A stretch of 61,252 nt of DNA, filler included, from Porpidia crustulata (lineage: Eukaryota): assembly GCA_964255105.1 (NCBI GenBank). It is 7 parts of 7 records of this genome, joined end to end, with 100 filler letters (N's around TTAATTAATTAA, not from the genome) between each part and the next. Parts side by side here need not be neighbours in the genome. Positions count along the whole stretch, not along the records: positions 8,780 to 17,450 come from CAXUWE010001072.1; positions 17,551 to 26,220 come from CAXUWE010001073.1; 5 more parts are not named here. One strand, 5' to 3'. Position 1 is the stretch's first letter, and each line of letters begins with the position of its first letter. The notes under the pieces are model-generated. The model saw only the letters and a program-made list of their open reading frames with translations, made no database searches and was not told the DNA's origin. Shown in pieces: positions 12,290 to 24,559 of the stretch. A program made the translations under genes and the position numbers.

Positions 12290-13791
12290 TTGCCTGCTCA
12301 AGCATTTGATTTCTTCGTCGAGCTTATCTACGAGCGTGTGATGCGGACTGAAATTCCGATATAGGGAAGTCCATGGTACTATGGACGTTGTCGGCTGCGG
12401 TTCCGCTTGTCTAGATATCATAGTCTTACGAAATGATCTGACGGGACAAGAGGGAAGCTGCTGAGAGGTACGCTTTCCTTCCGGTAAAATGCGGACGCTG
12501 CACATTATCTACATGCAGCATGCAGCTTTGATTGACTTTCTTCACGTCACCGTGCTTGATTAATCAGATTCTGCATCCTGTTTGGCACAGAAGTCTTTGT
12601 GCGAACGTGCGTGTCGTCAAGGCTCCTTATTCTACTGACATGTTACAGGCGACCCGTAATAACAGGTCCACTGGAGGGACTTCCATCTCTCGTCTTCGGA
12701 CGTCAAATTTGGAATTAGCGATCGACCGCATGAGTTTCCGAAATCTCTTCGAGGAGCATGTTCACGAGGCTTGCCCAGGCTCTTGTTGAGGCCTTCACGA
12801 CTTTTCATAGGCCTATTTTCTAACCATGGGTCACGACAGAAGGAATCTCGGAGTGTGCTTTTCTAGTACCTGATGGAGTGCTTGTTTTACCTCCATGATC
12901 GTATTTGCGTTTACAAACTCGTTTCAAAAGTCTTTGACTTGCTTCGGTGACAAAGTCTATATTCTTCAGCGTCGAACTCTCGGATTTTAGCCTCCTGCAA
13001 AGCTTAATAGCTCCATTTAAATGCACACCATAAGTGACGAGCTCGGGCACCTCCCTATCGGCTTCTCCTAACAAGATCCAGAACTAGCCGACCAGTTGAC
13101 CAGTGCGGCGTCTGTATGGGGTTTCTTGTATATCAGAAATCCCGGGTACAGACTTACTTTCCAAGCGGTTGACCATCATCTTGACTTGTGAAGAACGATT
13201 TTGCTCCTGTCGAGCGAGTATAACCTTCGAGTCGAAGATTTCTAACGTCACAATAGTCGCGTCAATTCTATAAATCCCCGAGGGAGAAGAAGGCCGGCTG
13301 TACTATTGGCCTCAGCCCAGATGTATAAATATCAAAGCATCTATCTCGATTTGTGAGAAATACTTCTGAAGGTACACTATCAATGTAGTAGCTAGTTAGC
13401 AACTATACGTCGAGATCCTAGATCCGGATGATCAAAGGTCAATGACTATCAGAAGTGAACTGAAAATACTTAATAAGCTCGTCACTGACTACAGTTCCAG
13501 CAAGGAGACTACAAAGTATCCGTGACTGAATCTTGACCGTTTTTGCGATGAGTTGAGGAAGCCAACGTTCCATTCAGAGACATGATCTTTCATGAGTTCT
13601 CGGGGAGTAAACCGCAGCGACCTATCCCGAAAGTTTTCCGCGGACGCGAAGGCGATCCCAGTGAGTTTACAGGTCGCTGTCGCGAGGCTTTTTCTCAGGC
13701 TTTCAAGACTTTTAAGACTATTTGCCACGAGCTCGTAGATTCGTCGCTTCACTTAAATGATAAAGTGATATTGACTCGAGAACACATATGA
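12290..13791. pseudogene. Degenerate coding remnants of unknown family (one on each strand)
   Basis: The plus frame ~13405-13791 reads YVEILDPDDQRSM...KYP*LNLDRFCDELRK...; a minus frame with a GTAAGT donor near 13155 continues through a stop into LLGEADREVPELVTYG.... Protein-like but interrupted; no family recognised. Confidence 0.3.
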
Positions 13792-13925
13792 TCGAAGTCA
13801 AAGATGAAAAGAAACGATTCTCTTCCTGTCATCGAAGAATCTTCTGACAGCAATGTTCGCATCAATTACATACAAACCTTCATTTTCCCCTCTCTCAACG
13901 ACGCGAAAACTCACCAATACCCCAG

Positions 13926-14175
13926 TACCCGGCCGTGAACGGCTCTGCCATTCCTGCCTTCGAAGCCGCCGTCCGCGCCAACTCCCACACCGGCTTCAGA
14001 TCCTTGACCCTCCGCTTCCAGAAAGCCAATCAGCCCGGCCTCAAGATCCAAACCGGTGCTTCGACGTAGGTCCCCCGTGGTCATCCACTCGCCCGGCACC
14101 GAAAATGACGCGTAGCCCCCCTCGTCGTCAACATCGGGGGACCTGCTGGACTACTTGAACGAGATGGATCTTCTA
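13926..14175 (+). pseudogene. 2-oxoglutarate/Fe(II)-dependent dioxygenase (IPNS/DIOX-like) fragment
   Basis: After a CAG acceptor at 13925: YPAVNGS...VRANSHTGFRSLTLRFQKANQPGLKIQTGAST*VP, then a frameshift, then VVIHSPGTENDA*PPLVVNIGDLLDY. This matches the family pattern RAGAHSDYGSITLLFQ...PGLEI...W.PV...PPILVNIGDLLSYW. The HxD motif has decayed to HTG. Confidence 0.75.
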
Positions 14176-14878
14176 ATCGTCAAGTTTAAAACAACTTCCA
14201 ATTCCGAATTCACTGACAACTTCTTCTCGTTAGCTCTCGATCAAACTCTCGTCGTCCGCATTGAAAACAATGAAACAGGACGATGAGAATGAGATCAGGA
14301 TCGTTCCCGGTCTCAGAGAATGTCCTGCTGAACGGATGAGGAATGGTAGTTTGCGTAACTAGCTCGTGATGAGGGGGCTGCTCATGGGTTAATAACTCCA
14401 AGTGCTTGATGCACAGATCTTGGGCTTGTCGTGTCATTCCCTGATCATAAATAAGTCGTACGCGTGCAGCTCTTTGGAGCAGATTTAAGTCCTGGTCAAC
14501 TGTGTTCCGAGATCCTAGGAGTAGCAACTGCATAGCAGTCTACATGATTGTATGTCATTGAGTAATATGAGCAAACTCACTTTACGCTGACGCTTTGCTG
14601 CCGCAAAAATCACTGGCGGGTATCTGATATCTGGCGCAGCGAAGAATGCAAGCATAGAGACTTAACCGAACTAATGATGTATGCAAGTACGTTCTATTCA
14701 CGGCTGAGTTGGGCTGTGTCGCTGTGCACAGTTGTAAATCTGTCTATAATTAAGTAGTTACATCGGGAACATAATTGCATCGTCTTATTATTTCTTGAGA
14801 CCATTACATCCTCTCATTCTTTCTTGTGATTATTTACTAATCCTCGCGTTAGGTTTTCATACTTGAGACCAAGGGAGA

Positions 14879-16985
14879 ATGTCACCTCATCGTCCTCATA
14901 AAAACTTGGAAGAATTGCAAACTTCTTCCGCTCTACCAAAAGTTGATGCGCATATGTCTAGTAATCTCGAGCTTTTGGAGTATTCCTCCTACAGAAATTC
15001 TCCGCAATTCAGATCAGCTGTCGTAGCTAAAAATCAGAAAGGATCGACGTTGAAACGAAAAACACTTCGTGCTAACACCTGGACTCGCATCACGGATTCG
15101 TTTATTGACTGGTGGATGGGAGAGCTGCTGGCCGTTTTATTGAGCATAACGGCATTCTTTGCCATCGTGATACTGCTACGCAAATATGATGATCACGAGC
15201 TACCGAGGCTGCCTCACCACGTCTCTCTTAACTTCGTTGTTTCGACCTTGGCTACTGTAGCGAAGATCTCACTGCTCCTGGTGGTGGCATCTGCATTAGG
15301 TCAATTTAAATGGCTATGGATGTCGTCCAAGCATCGCCGGCTGCAAGACTTGCAGGTTTTCGACGAAGCTAGCAGAGGTCCACTGGGTGCCTCTAAGCTA
15401 CTTGCATCTAGGGAAGGCCTGTGAGTCTAATTTCTTAAAGTCAAGATTAATAAAGAGAGTTACATTCAACTTACTGCTACAAGATCTTGGGCGTCCATAG
15501 GAGCAATTATCACCATACTTTGCCTAATCTTCGATCCCTTCATTCAAGGATTAATTAGTATCTCGGAACGAGTGGTCTATAAAGACAATACAGCCTCGCT
15601 ATCAAATAAGTTAGAAGACTATCCTAGCCTTCCTGGTGGTAGGTGGTCCTCGCAGAATCCGAATATGTGTCTCTTCAGAGTCTTTTAACCTTTACATGAA
15701 AAGGAATCTTGAATCAAAATTATCAACTCATCAACACTATAAATGATGGGGCCTTCTATCCAAATCCACTGCCAGAAACGCAGCCAAAGTGTCCAAGTGT
15801 TAATTGTACCTGGCCCTTATCCATATCCTTGGGATTCTGTTCCAAATGTCAGGACATCAGTCAGGCCTTACGAGACAGCTCCACATATGTTGATAAGTAC
15901 GACGGTGGAGAATGCCAAGGTCCATGGCAGCTGTGCGGAAGCGAGACCACTTCGAGATATTACAAATTATGGATTGCCTAAAATCAACGGCCAGGTGCTA
16001 AACACAACCAATCTAAGCTGGCTGCCAGGTCCCAATGGTTCTCTTTCTGTCAGATATAGCCAAGCGGAGTGGGAGTTAATACCTGCCTTTATGGTGGTCC
16101 CCTTATCGTGGGAGAGCACAGCGCCATTTAATTTCACCGATGGTTCCTCGATTCCGGCCGTTGTCTTGATTACTTTCATCCGAACATCTACACGTCTCGT
16201 TGATCTCGGAGCCATTCTCGCGGCTGATCTGTGCGCTTTTAAGCTTTTGCGCTCACAAACGTAATGTTTCGATATCCCTCAATCAGCTGTCTTCCACCAT
16301 ACTCCAAACTGCGTACGGCACCAAATTCGAGCACCGTAATCATTCCCAACAAAGTGGCTCAAAACCAATCACTACTCAGTGGCTGTCGTTTACAGAAGAT
16401 GACTTTTATATGGCATATCGTTCACAGGTACATGGTACAGATTATATGACTGGTCCTGTCATACAATGGCAAGTCGGTCTGATCCACTTGGCGACCATAC
16501 TTTCGGGCAACCTAACTACAGATTTTGATGACACGGCTAGTGCTCTCGTCACATCCAATATCATAGGGGCGTTCAACGCTTCCTCTAACATTTCAATGAC
16601 CATGGACAACATCGCTACCTTGATGACGAATTATTTCCGTGACTCCAGCAATGTCACAGTCGTTGGCAAAGGCGGTGAAGTTGAGACCTACGTCCACGTA
16701 AGATGGCTCTGGATCACTCTCCCAGCTTTTCTCATCCTAGCGGGAACATTGTTCTTGATACTCGCTATATTCTAAAGTAAGAGCTATGGAGCTCGCCCGT
16801 GGAAAACTTCCGAGTTGGCATTGTTGTTCCACGGGCTCGAGGAACCGAACCAGAAATTGAATGAACTCCACAGGTCGAGCGAGATGGAGCATGCAGCCTC
16901 GAAAATAAGGGTGAAGATAGAGAAAACATCTAGCGGTGGATGGATACTTCGCCGAAAGAAGGCTTCGACTGAGTCTGCGAGATGA
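14879..16985 (+). pseudogene. DUF3176-family multi-pass membrane protein, disrupted by two frameshifts and an in-frame TAA
   Basis: WWMGELLAVLLS...SLNFVVSTLATVAK...ALGQFKWLW...LQDLQVFDEASRGPLGA; CPSVNCTW...SLGFCSKCQD; ETYVHVRWLWITLP...LAIF*SKSYGARPWKTSELALLFHGL. Frame changes near 15950 and 16240; TAA at 16773. Confidence 0.78.
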
Positions 16986-17450
16986 ATAAGCGTCGACTTT
17001 GTTGTGAGCTTTAAGGCTTCGAGCATTCGCATTTCTATTATTACGAACGATGTCATTTCTTATACTGTCTGCCGCTGTTGCTCTAGATCAGGAGCACACA
17101 GTCATCGTAAGCTTCGATAGTCTGCTGATGCTATGGATATCTTATGTCCTGTACGAATTAACATCGATTTTCATCATTAAATTATAAAACATTAGATCAA
17201 GGATCTTCCTAACCATACATCCCCTTTGCCTACTCGTACGCCCTCTTCAATCGGGTGTAGTATCACTCAAATGAGACGTAATATTAAATTTATAATCCGA
17301 TCTCTCATCGAATCGCTTCTCAATTTAACCTGCTTTAACGCGGATAAAAGCATGAGAGGTGGAACATGAGCAAGCAGCGAAACAGGGGCGACAGCAGGCA
17401 CAAGGGCGGAGAGGAAGCAGAGGCGGAAGGGGGAGTAGAGAGGGTAGTTG

Positions 17451-17550
17451 NNNNNNNNNNNNNNNNNNNNNNNNNNNNNNNNNNNNNNNNNNNNTTAATT
17501 AATTAANNNNNNNNNNNNNNNNNNNNNNNNNNNNNNNNNNNNNNNNNNNN
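17451..17550. other. Artificial contig linker N44-TTAATTAATTAA-N44
   Basis: Same 100-nt spacer. Confidence 0.98.
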
Positions 17551-18061
17551 GGATGGGCCTTGGCGGGGCCCAGGGATATCTACCATGTGCAAAACACATC
17601 AACACCCTCGCCGCGTCAGTTTTATATAGCCGTAGACATCACAACACAGACACATCGTTAACAGCAGTTGAGCCCACGAAAAGAGGCGAGTTTTCTATGC
17701 ACTACCCACGCCAATTGTCCCCCATCAAACAGACCGAAGTGTGTAGCATGGAAGACGGAAGAAGCTCCTAAGATTGCTGTTACAAGAAGTTTTTGGAGAG
17801 TAGTAGAAGACGAAAGAAAAAAAGACAATCACGCTTGCATCTCGGCTTCCGCAACAGCCCTCACGATTTTGGCATAAGCTAAACCTTATCGACAGCCCTT
17901 CTCCAGTCTATCATCATACCATCGTTTGCCGCTATGTGTCTTGCCCATAGCAGCCGCTCAGCACTGCTGTTGTTCTCCCTCCTTGGCTTTTGGGATCACG
18001 AAATCGTCATGGCTTGGCACCACTTACGCTGCTCGTCCTTAACACATATCTTGTGGTGCGT

Positions 18062-19572
18062 TTAGTAAGAAGGCTGGGCCTGCCCACCGAGGTGGGAGTT
18101 CTCATATTGTTCCTGATGGGATGTGACGCCGGGTGTCGGCTCCTGCTTGGGAGCGTGCGGGAAATCCGAGGAGCTGTATCTTGGTGCCTCTCCGGCTTCA
18201 GTCTTGATGGGGGCGTTAGCCGACGGCTTGCTGCTGACCTCTGGGGAGGTGGAGCGGCCACGAGCACTGCCGATGTATTCCTGAGCCTTGGCGGTGTAGT
18301 CTCCGGCATAGGCCTTGACGCTCTCGGTGGCGCGGTTGGTATGGTGGCTTGCCATATCTCGGACCTGAGCTGTTTGGGAGTTGACGACGTCGGAGGCCTT
18401 GTTCAGGTGCTCATCGATGAGTTCTTTATTGGTGGTGTAGATCAACGGCGCGAGGAACAAGGTCGAGGTACCGATGAGACTGAGACCCCAAAAGGGCACG
18501 ACCTTGATGAGCTGGTAAGAAAGTAGTAGCGTTACGTACGCAGCTAGGGTCACTTTAATGTCTTCCACAAAGAAGACTCGTTGAACTTCGATGACGAAGA
18601 AGTTGATAAGTTGCTCAACGTCCTCCAGGGAACGTTCGAGGGATTCGCGTGGAATAGTAAAATACTTTTTTGGCCGGAAGGCGGAGGCTAGGCCCTGGGA
18701 AAGAACGGCTTTGCCCAGGATTTCACACAAAGCCATGGCTAGACTCATTTTAGTTGGGCTTTTCAACAGAGGGCAGAGCAAACGTACTTCCAAGAGCGTA
18801 GTGCGACCACTTGATCATCATGGGAAGAATGTGCAGATAGCGAGCTGCAAAGATAAAGAGTATTGAGGACACAAATGTGGTGGCTGTGGCACGGGGGTCT
18901 TTCCACTAATAGTTTTTAGTTTGGTAACCGTAAGTCTTTAATCCTGAGAGAAATACACTGAGGATATGATAAAAGGATCCGTGGAACTCTAACGTGATGT
19001 CAGCATAGGCGAGCAAGGACAGCGTATCCGTTGACGTACTCGTCAACGTTTGCCCAGTTGCAGCAGGCTGGCTCGGAGGCGCGTGGGCATTTGCAACGTT
19101 CTGGAATCCTTCAGTGACCTTGGCGTGCTCGTCCTTCAACGTCTCTGCCACAGGTCCTAGTAGACGTAAGTCATATTATTCGTGGTTGTGGAGGTAAATC
19201 GAACTAGAGAATGCTCGGTTAGCCACGCATCAGAAAAATCACTGATTATAGAGATACATACCTAACCGTTGGTAATAGTGTCTTTCGCATTCTGTGTGAC
19301 TGGGTGATTTTGAATGGTATTCATTGCAGATTGGGCATCTAGGGACGAAGATCAATTGTTTGTAAGGGGTCACGCGAGCTCTAGAGGCACTGCGAAGGCA
19401 CTTGTTAGCATTGAATTCAGCAGCCAGGCATGAAGACAGAGTATACCTGACTGTTATACACGCTGTCTTTTGCATTCTGTACCGAGGTACTACCATTTGC
19501 AGTGGACAAGGTCGGAACGGTCATTTCGGACTGTTGCGGGATTTCTCCGAGCTGGGGGGGATGATCAGACAT
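18062..19572 (-). CDS. Reticulon-like ER-shaping protein (Rtn1/Cwl1 type), multi-exon
   Basis: MSDHPPQLGE...QNHPVTQNAKDTITNG/PVAETLKDEH...WKDPRATATTF...GLASAFRPKKYFTIPRESLERSLEDVEQLINFFVIEVQRVFF...LIKVVPFWGLSLIGTSTLFLAPLIYTTNKELID; two long hydrophobic segments. The start exon is less certain. Confidence 0.88.
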
Positions 19573-20437
19573 TTCAGCGACTTGGCAATTCGATACCAGC
19601 AATGCCTGTGATGTACGAAGAGGTCTGAATCGATGTCGGAGAGAATTGAGTATTTGGAGGTTACGAGGATGATATTGTTGCGTGAGCAGATGCGTGGTGA
19701 TAGATATCTAGCTCTGATGTTTTATCCGTAACCTGATTTTGTTTCGCTAGCGGCGGATGACGCCCAAAGCCAAACGCAAGACTGACAACTGACAAGACAC
19801 TGACACGCCATTGCTGTGTTCGCACAAGCTATCTGTTCCATAGCTACACAAGCCACATGCATTTGTTGATCCCTACTTGACGATATGACTGGCTCTTTAT
19901 CAAGATATCTAGTCGTCGCTGGGATCACACGATACCACGATGATTAATACCATCCCTATGCACTGCCTGTGCAAGAGAACAACAGTTTTGCATGTGATAA
20001 CAGCGGACTTGACTCTTCCCATAACTCTCGAATTATCATGGAGCACGAACTGGCATACTGGCAGGCCTTTATGGTGTGGTAAGCATTTGTTCAATATCGT
20101 TCGTTATCATCATCTATTGGACTTCTGTATTCTATGATTCGATCCCAGTTATATTTACTTGCATGTCGTTTCGTTGGTTCGTCAGTGGTCAGGCACTACG
20201 GTCCACACAGCCGTTGCATCCTTCAGTCACAATCACACAGACAGCTTGAATCATCTAATGGCGGCTCTACAAAACTCTGATAAAACATCTTACATTGAGC
20301 GAATTCTATCTATTAAGTCGTAACCAAATTTCTTACAGTATTCTAAACCGAACCTTTGCAATCCCAAGTCCACATCACTTATCAGCATCCAATCGTACCC
20401 TCTTGTCGTTTCTATCATTAGTATACTGTGGTGTCGT

Positions 20438-21881
20438 TCATGAGGAGGCCCTCCTGCGTTTGGCACGGGATGCACTCTCCCCCAGAGTTGCATCTGCCAT
20501 CTGCAGCTGCATTAGCGTGTATGCCGCTCGCGCTTCCTTCGTCAATGCCGCAGGTTTCTTCCTACGCTTTGGCGCCGCTATTACTTCGACGGACGAACTG
20601 ACGGACGAATTATCCTCGTCATAATCCTCCCTCTCCAACGGAGCTTGCTTTACCAACCCGCTTTCCTCGCTACACGAATTGTCTTGCGGAACGTTGTCCT
20701 CCGAGATTGAAGCCGGTGTCAGAATCTGCTGTGGAGACGGTAGCTGTAATTGCTGCGCGTGCGCGGAGCGTGGAGTGTTCAGCGCCGTCCACTTCAAGTT
20801 GACAGAATTGGGTGGCGAGTATGGGTATCTATCACTACGGTCGGTATCGGTACTGTATTCGCTTTCCACCTCCTCCATGCCTTTGGTTGCCTTGTGCCGA
20901 AGATTCTTGGGCGTCCACCGAGGGTAGATAGTGGATGGCGCTGGGGTCTGAGGGGTCCTAACAAGCGATGCCTCCCTTGAAAGCGCACGATAATCGCGAG
21001 CGGCTTCGGTGCAATGGCGTACGATGCTGCGGTCGATGACCATGCGCCCGAAACCTGGGTTGTCGGGCCTGACGCACAATGAAATGAAATCGACACCAAA
21101 GACGGGTGTCAGAGCGTATCGAATGTTATAACAAAATGTCGCAGCTACTGCCTTTGCCCCATCGTAGGGCATCCAGTATCCTGCACTCGTCAGCCATGTT
21201 CTGCTTCGAAATATGCAATACGTACCTTGCGCTGCAAGTGCGCCACCAGTGATACTATGACAGATCTCGCGAAGACCGGGATTGGAATTCAGCATTTTTG
21301 CTGGGGTAGTCTGTACTTTCTTGTTAGGACGAATGAGTCGAAATGAGGGCCAATTGCAGACCTTTGAATACTTGCAGCACTTGAAGAACGGTGTGATTCT
21401 GACCAGACCAACATTATAATCCCACATCACTGTATAGTCTCGGTCTTCATTTGGCGCCCGGAAGGTGTATTGAAACACTACAAAAAGGCGTCAGCATTAT
21501 CATCTGGAGTCCTTTCAACTTCCTGTACACCAACTTACCCTCAAAACTTTCCCTCCCCGTCTTCTCGAGAAAAGACTTCTTGTCGCTATTGTATGGTATG
21601 TGTCTACAGTACTCGGTGATGTGACCAATCGGGTACACGTGGAACTGCGCATGCTGTGCAGCAATTTCATCGGTTTGGATCTCACACGGTCGATATCTGA
21701 TTTCGCCCTTGGGTTTCCCCGTTACAAAGATAGCAGAGTCCTTGGACATCTTTTGCTTTTTGAGCGGTGGCGGCGGTGGCGAAGAATCTGGAGTGTATAT
21801 GCTTGAGCAAGGACTTGGCAAATCCCGAAAACTCTCGAAAGATTGAGGGATCGGGTTGAGAAGCGATGCAACAGAAACCAT
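20438..21881 (-). CDS. xbp1: APSES/KilA-N transcription factor, Xbp1-like; 3 introns
   Basis: MVSVASLLNP...YCRHIPYNSDKKSFLEKTGRESFE/VFQYTF...VMWDYNVGLVRITPFFKCCKYSK/TTPAKMLNSNPGLREICHSITGGALAAQG/YWMPY; C-terminal AAYTLMQL...KRRRAS. Confidence 0.9.
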
Positions 21882-24559
21882 GGTAGTGCGCCGAAGTTAT
21901 ACTGTCCCACAATGGAGGGCTGTGAATGGCTCGGTTTCAGGTGAAATCTGCGTGAAGATGGCGGTACTTGGTCACTGGAAAAGCTGATAGAATGTCAGAA
22001 GATTGGCTCAAGAGTGATGTACAAGAATGCTTTCGAACATGGGCTCGGAGCCTTAATATGCTGGCAAACAGAGCAGCAAGCGCAGCCTCAGGTGGTAGGC
22101 TCTGTTACCCTGGACAGCTAGACAACGAGTCAAAGACCCCTCTAGCTAGGCGCATGTCTCCCTTCTGGAAACAAGCTGGTAGTGGCCCTTTCGGTACAAG
22201 TGCTATGGAAGAAGGCAGGCAAAAAAATCGAGACGCAGCTCACCTTTGAGACTCTTTGTTGGTACATGCACAGATTTATGCGAGTTCGTGAGCGACGAAC
22301 GATACGGTGAAGGAAGACGTTGCCTGGTTGGCAATAGAGAACCACGTCTGTTTGTCTTCAGAGTTGGTATGCCAGGTTTAGCGCCAGATCTGGCTCTGAT
22401 CAAGAATAGCCCGACAGCAGAATGAAAGACAGCGGTGAAGTAAGTCGGTGACAGCGGAGCCTGGAGCTTTCAACTGAAGTGTTCTGCCTGCTTTATATGT
22501 ATCCGAACGATCGCTTGTTACACCTTCTGGTCTGACAGAGTCCAAGAGCCATTGTACTTTGTATGTTGTCACAGAATACGACATCTACGGTTCGGTATGA
22601 TGAAGCAGATTGCCCACGGAAGTGGGCTGTGAACATCACGGCTATCTCCCAGCGTCTGAGCAAGCATCCCCACATGCCGGCATCAGCATGAAGCCTCATA
22701 GAAAGGACTAAATCGAGGTACCCTGTCGAATGTTTCACCAAACTTAGTATGTATCCGGGCCCGCAAGCTCAGACCTGCTTGGACACGTAGCTGAGTTCTT
22801 CGATTGACATGGTCAGCTCCAACCCATTTATGTGTCCAACAATGCGCTCCATCAAATGGTTGAGGTAGCAAATCAGATTCTAATACAGTGTCGTGACGAC
22901 GTGCGAATTTGTCAAAGCTGTTTAGTATCCAGAGCCTTCTCTTAGAAAACAAATCGAATGTTTTTCCCCTCGATTGGAGTTGTTGGCTGGTACTTTATCC
23001 ACTCGGGTAGATGCACACAGCGGCTATGGAAAACCACTGTTGCCGAGACAGACTGGACAAAGAAGCGTGATCTCTGCTTAGGTAGATTGATGATGAGACT
23101 CGACGCACATATGCCTGACCATGGTGGCCTAAATTTATGGCCATGTCACGTTTATACCTGACATCGCCCGGCACTTGATCACAGAGTGTGTGATCTCTCC
23201 ACAGCCCAGGATGTGTATCTTGATATGGAATCAGAACTCAAAATCCGAAAGATGAAAACTTTATCGATACAAGAGCTAACTTACACCCTGATTACTCAAT
23301 GTGTCCGTGCTATCTTCCCACCGTATCCATCTCCCTGGAGCCAAGCTCGACTGCTACTACCCGCCCTTACTCTGTCTCATCAGGCTAAACTGAGTAAGCG
23401 TGGTGGCCACACATGAAGAAATAGGCTGACCAAACAACCTTATCCTAGGGCTTGAAAGAAGAACGTCTTGCATTAGCTCTGCATGGAACTGAGACTCAAA
23501 ACAGCATAGAGCCATGACCATGGAAAGGGATCGTGCAGATGAATGGTTTCTAGACGCTTCCTGGAACATTCGCAGAACTGCAACCCCTCAAGATAACTGC
23601 TGTCGTTGGTTACCGGAATCGCACTTGCGGGTTTCATTGTCGTTGCAGGTCATGCTTTGGGGATTAGACCCACCGGCTACCGTGTACTATGTGATTGTGT
23701 CCCTTTGTTGAGAGTCGACAACCCCAGCTTTCGCCTCAGCTCTGAATACGCCCTAGTCTATTTTGTCCATTAGAGCCAGGTCTAATTTTCTGTACTGGGT
23801 GACATGATTCTCTTCAAGAAGTGAGGACTTCTTTTTCGCGGTTCGTAGATGGATGTATGTTGCATCGACTCCAACGGACAACTATGATGCATTGAGATCG
23901 TCAGATACTTTCCTTAAAGAGGTCCCTAGCATGACCGGACCCATGAATCACGATATACTGTCAGGAGTTCTAGAAAGACGACAGAAGGTACAGGTGTGGT
24001 CTCCTAGTCTCAAACACTATCGGAACTGTTTCAAAGGCTTCTTTCCACTCCAATTCTCGTCCAACCACACCATTGTTTTGCATTAGGGTTTAGCTGCTGG
24101 GTCCAACCTGCGATGCTTAGTGCCAAGGCAGGCTTTACTCCCGTTTCCCACGGATGCGTTATTCAAATCATCTCTCATCGAATCGGAACAGCTACCAGCT
24201 TAACATGAATAAACTACAGGCCTAGGTCGTCCGTTCAGACGCATATTGCCATAAACCTTGCTCAAGGTTCATGTCTTGCTTCCAGTTCCCACGACTATTC
24301 TATTCTTCCTATCTCCCACAACTTTCCGTACCGGATCCATTCTTCCCGCTGTCAAAAGAATCCTCTTGCTTCCGAGCGAGGTCACGGAGTCACACTATTC
24401 CAAATCACTATTTTCAAGTATCACCAAATTCTTCGAGGTCACTGCAGCCTCTATCCGTCTTCGTATACCGTGTTTCACCAGCAAGCGAGGTCACCAGGCC
24501 AACTCAAGTCTTCTCCCTTTTTGGTGACACCACAAGCAAAGTTTCAGCGCTGAATCGTC

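Noticed and set aside
17300..24185. Shared 16-mer ATCTCTCATCGAATCG at 17300-17315 and 24170-24185
   Set aside because: One exact 16-mer match is not unexpected by chance in 61 kb, and the flanks do not align convincingly.
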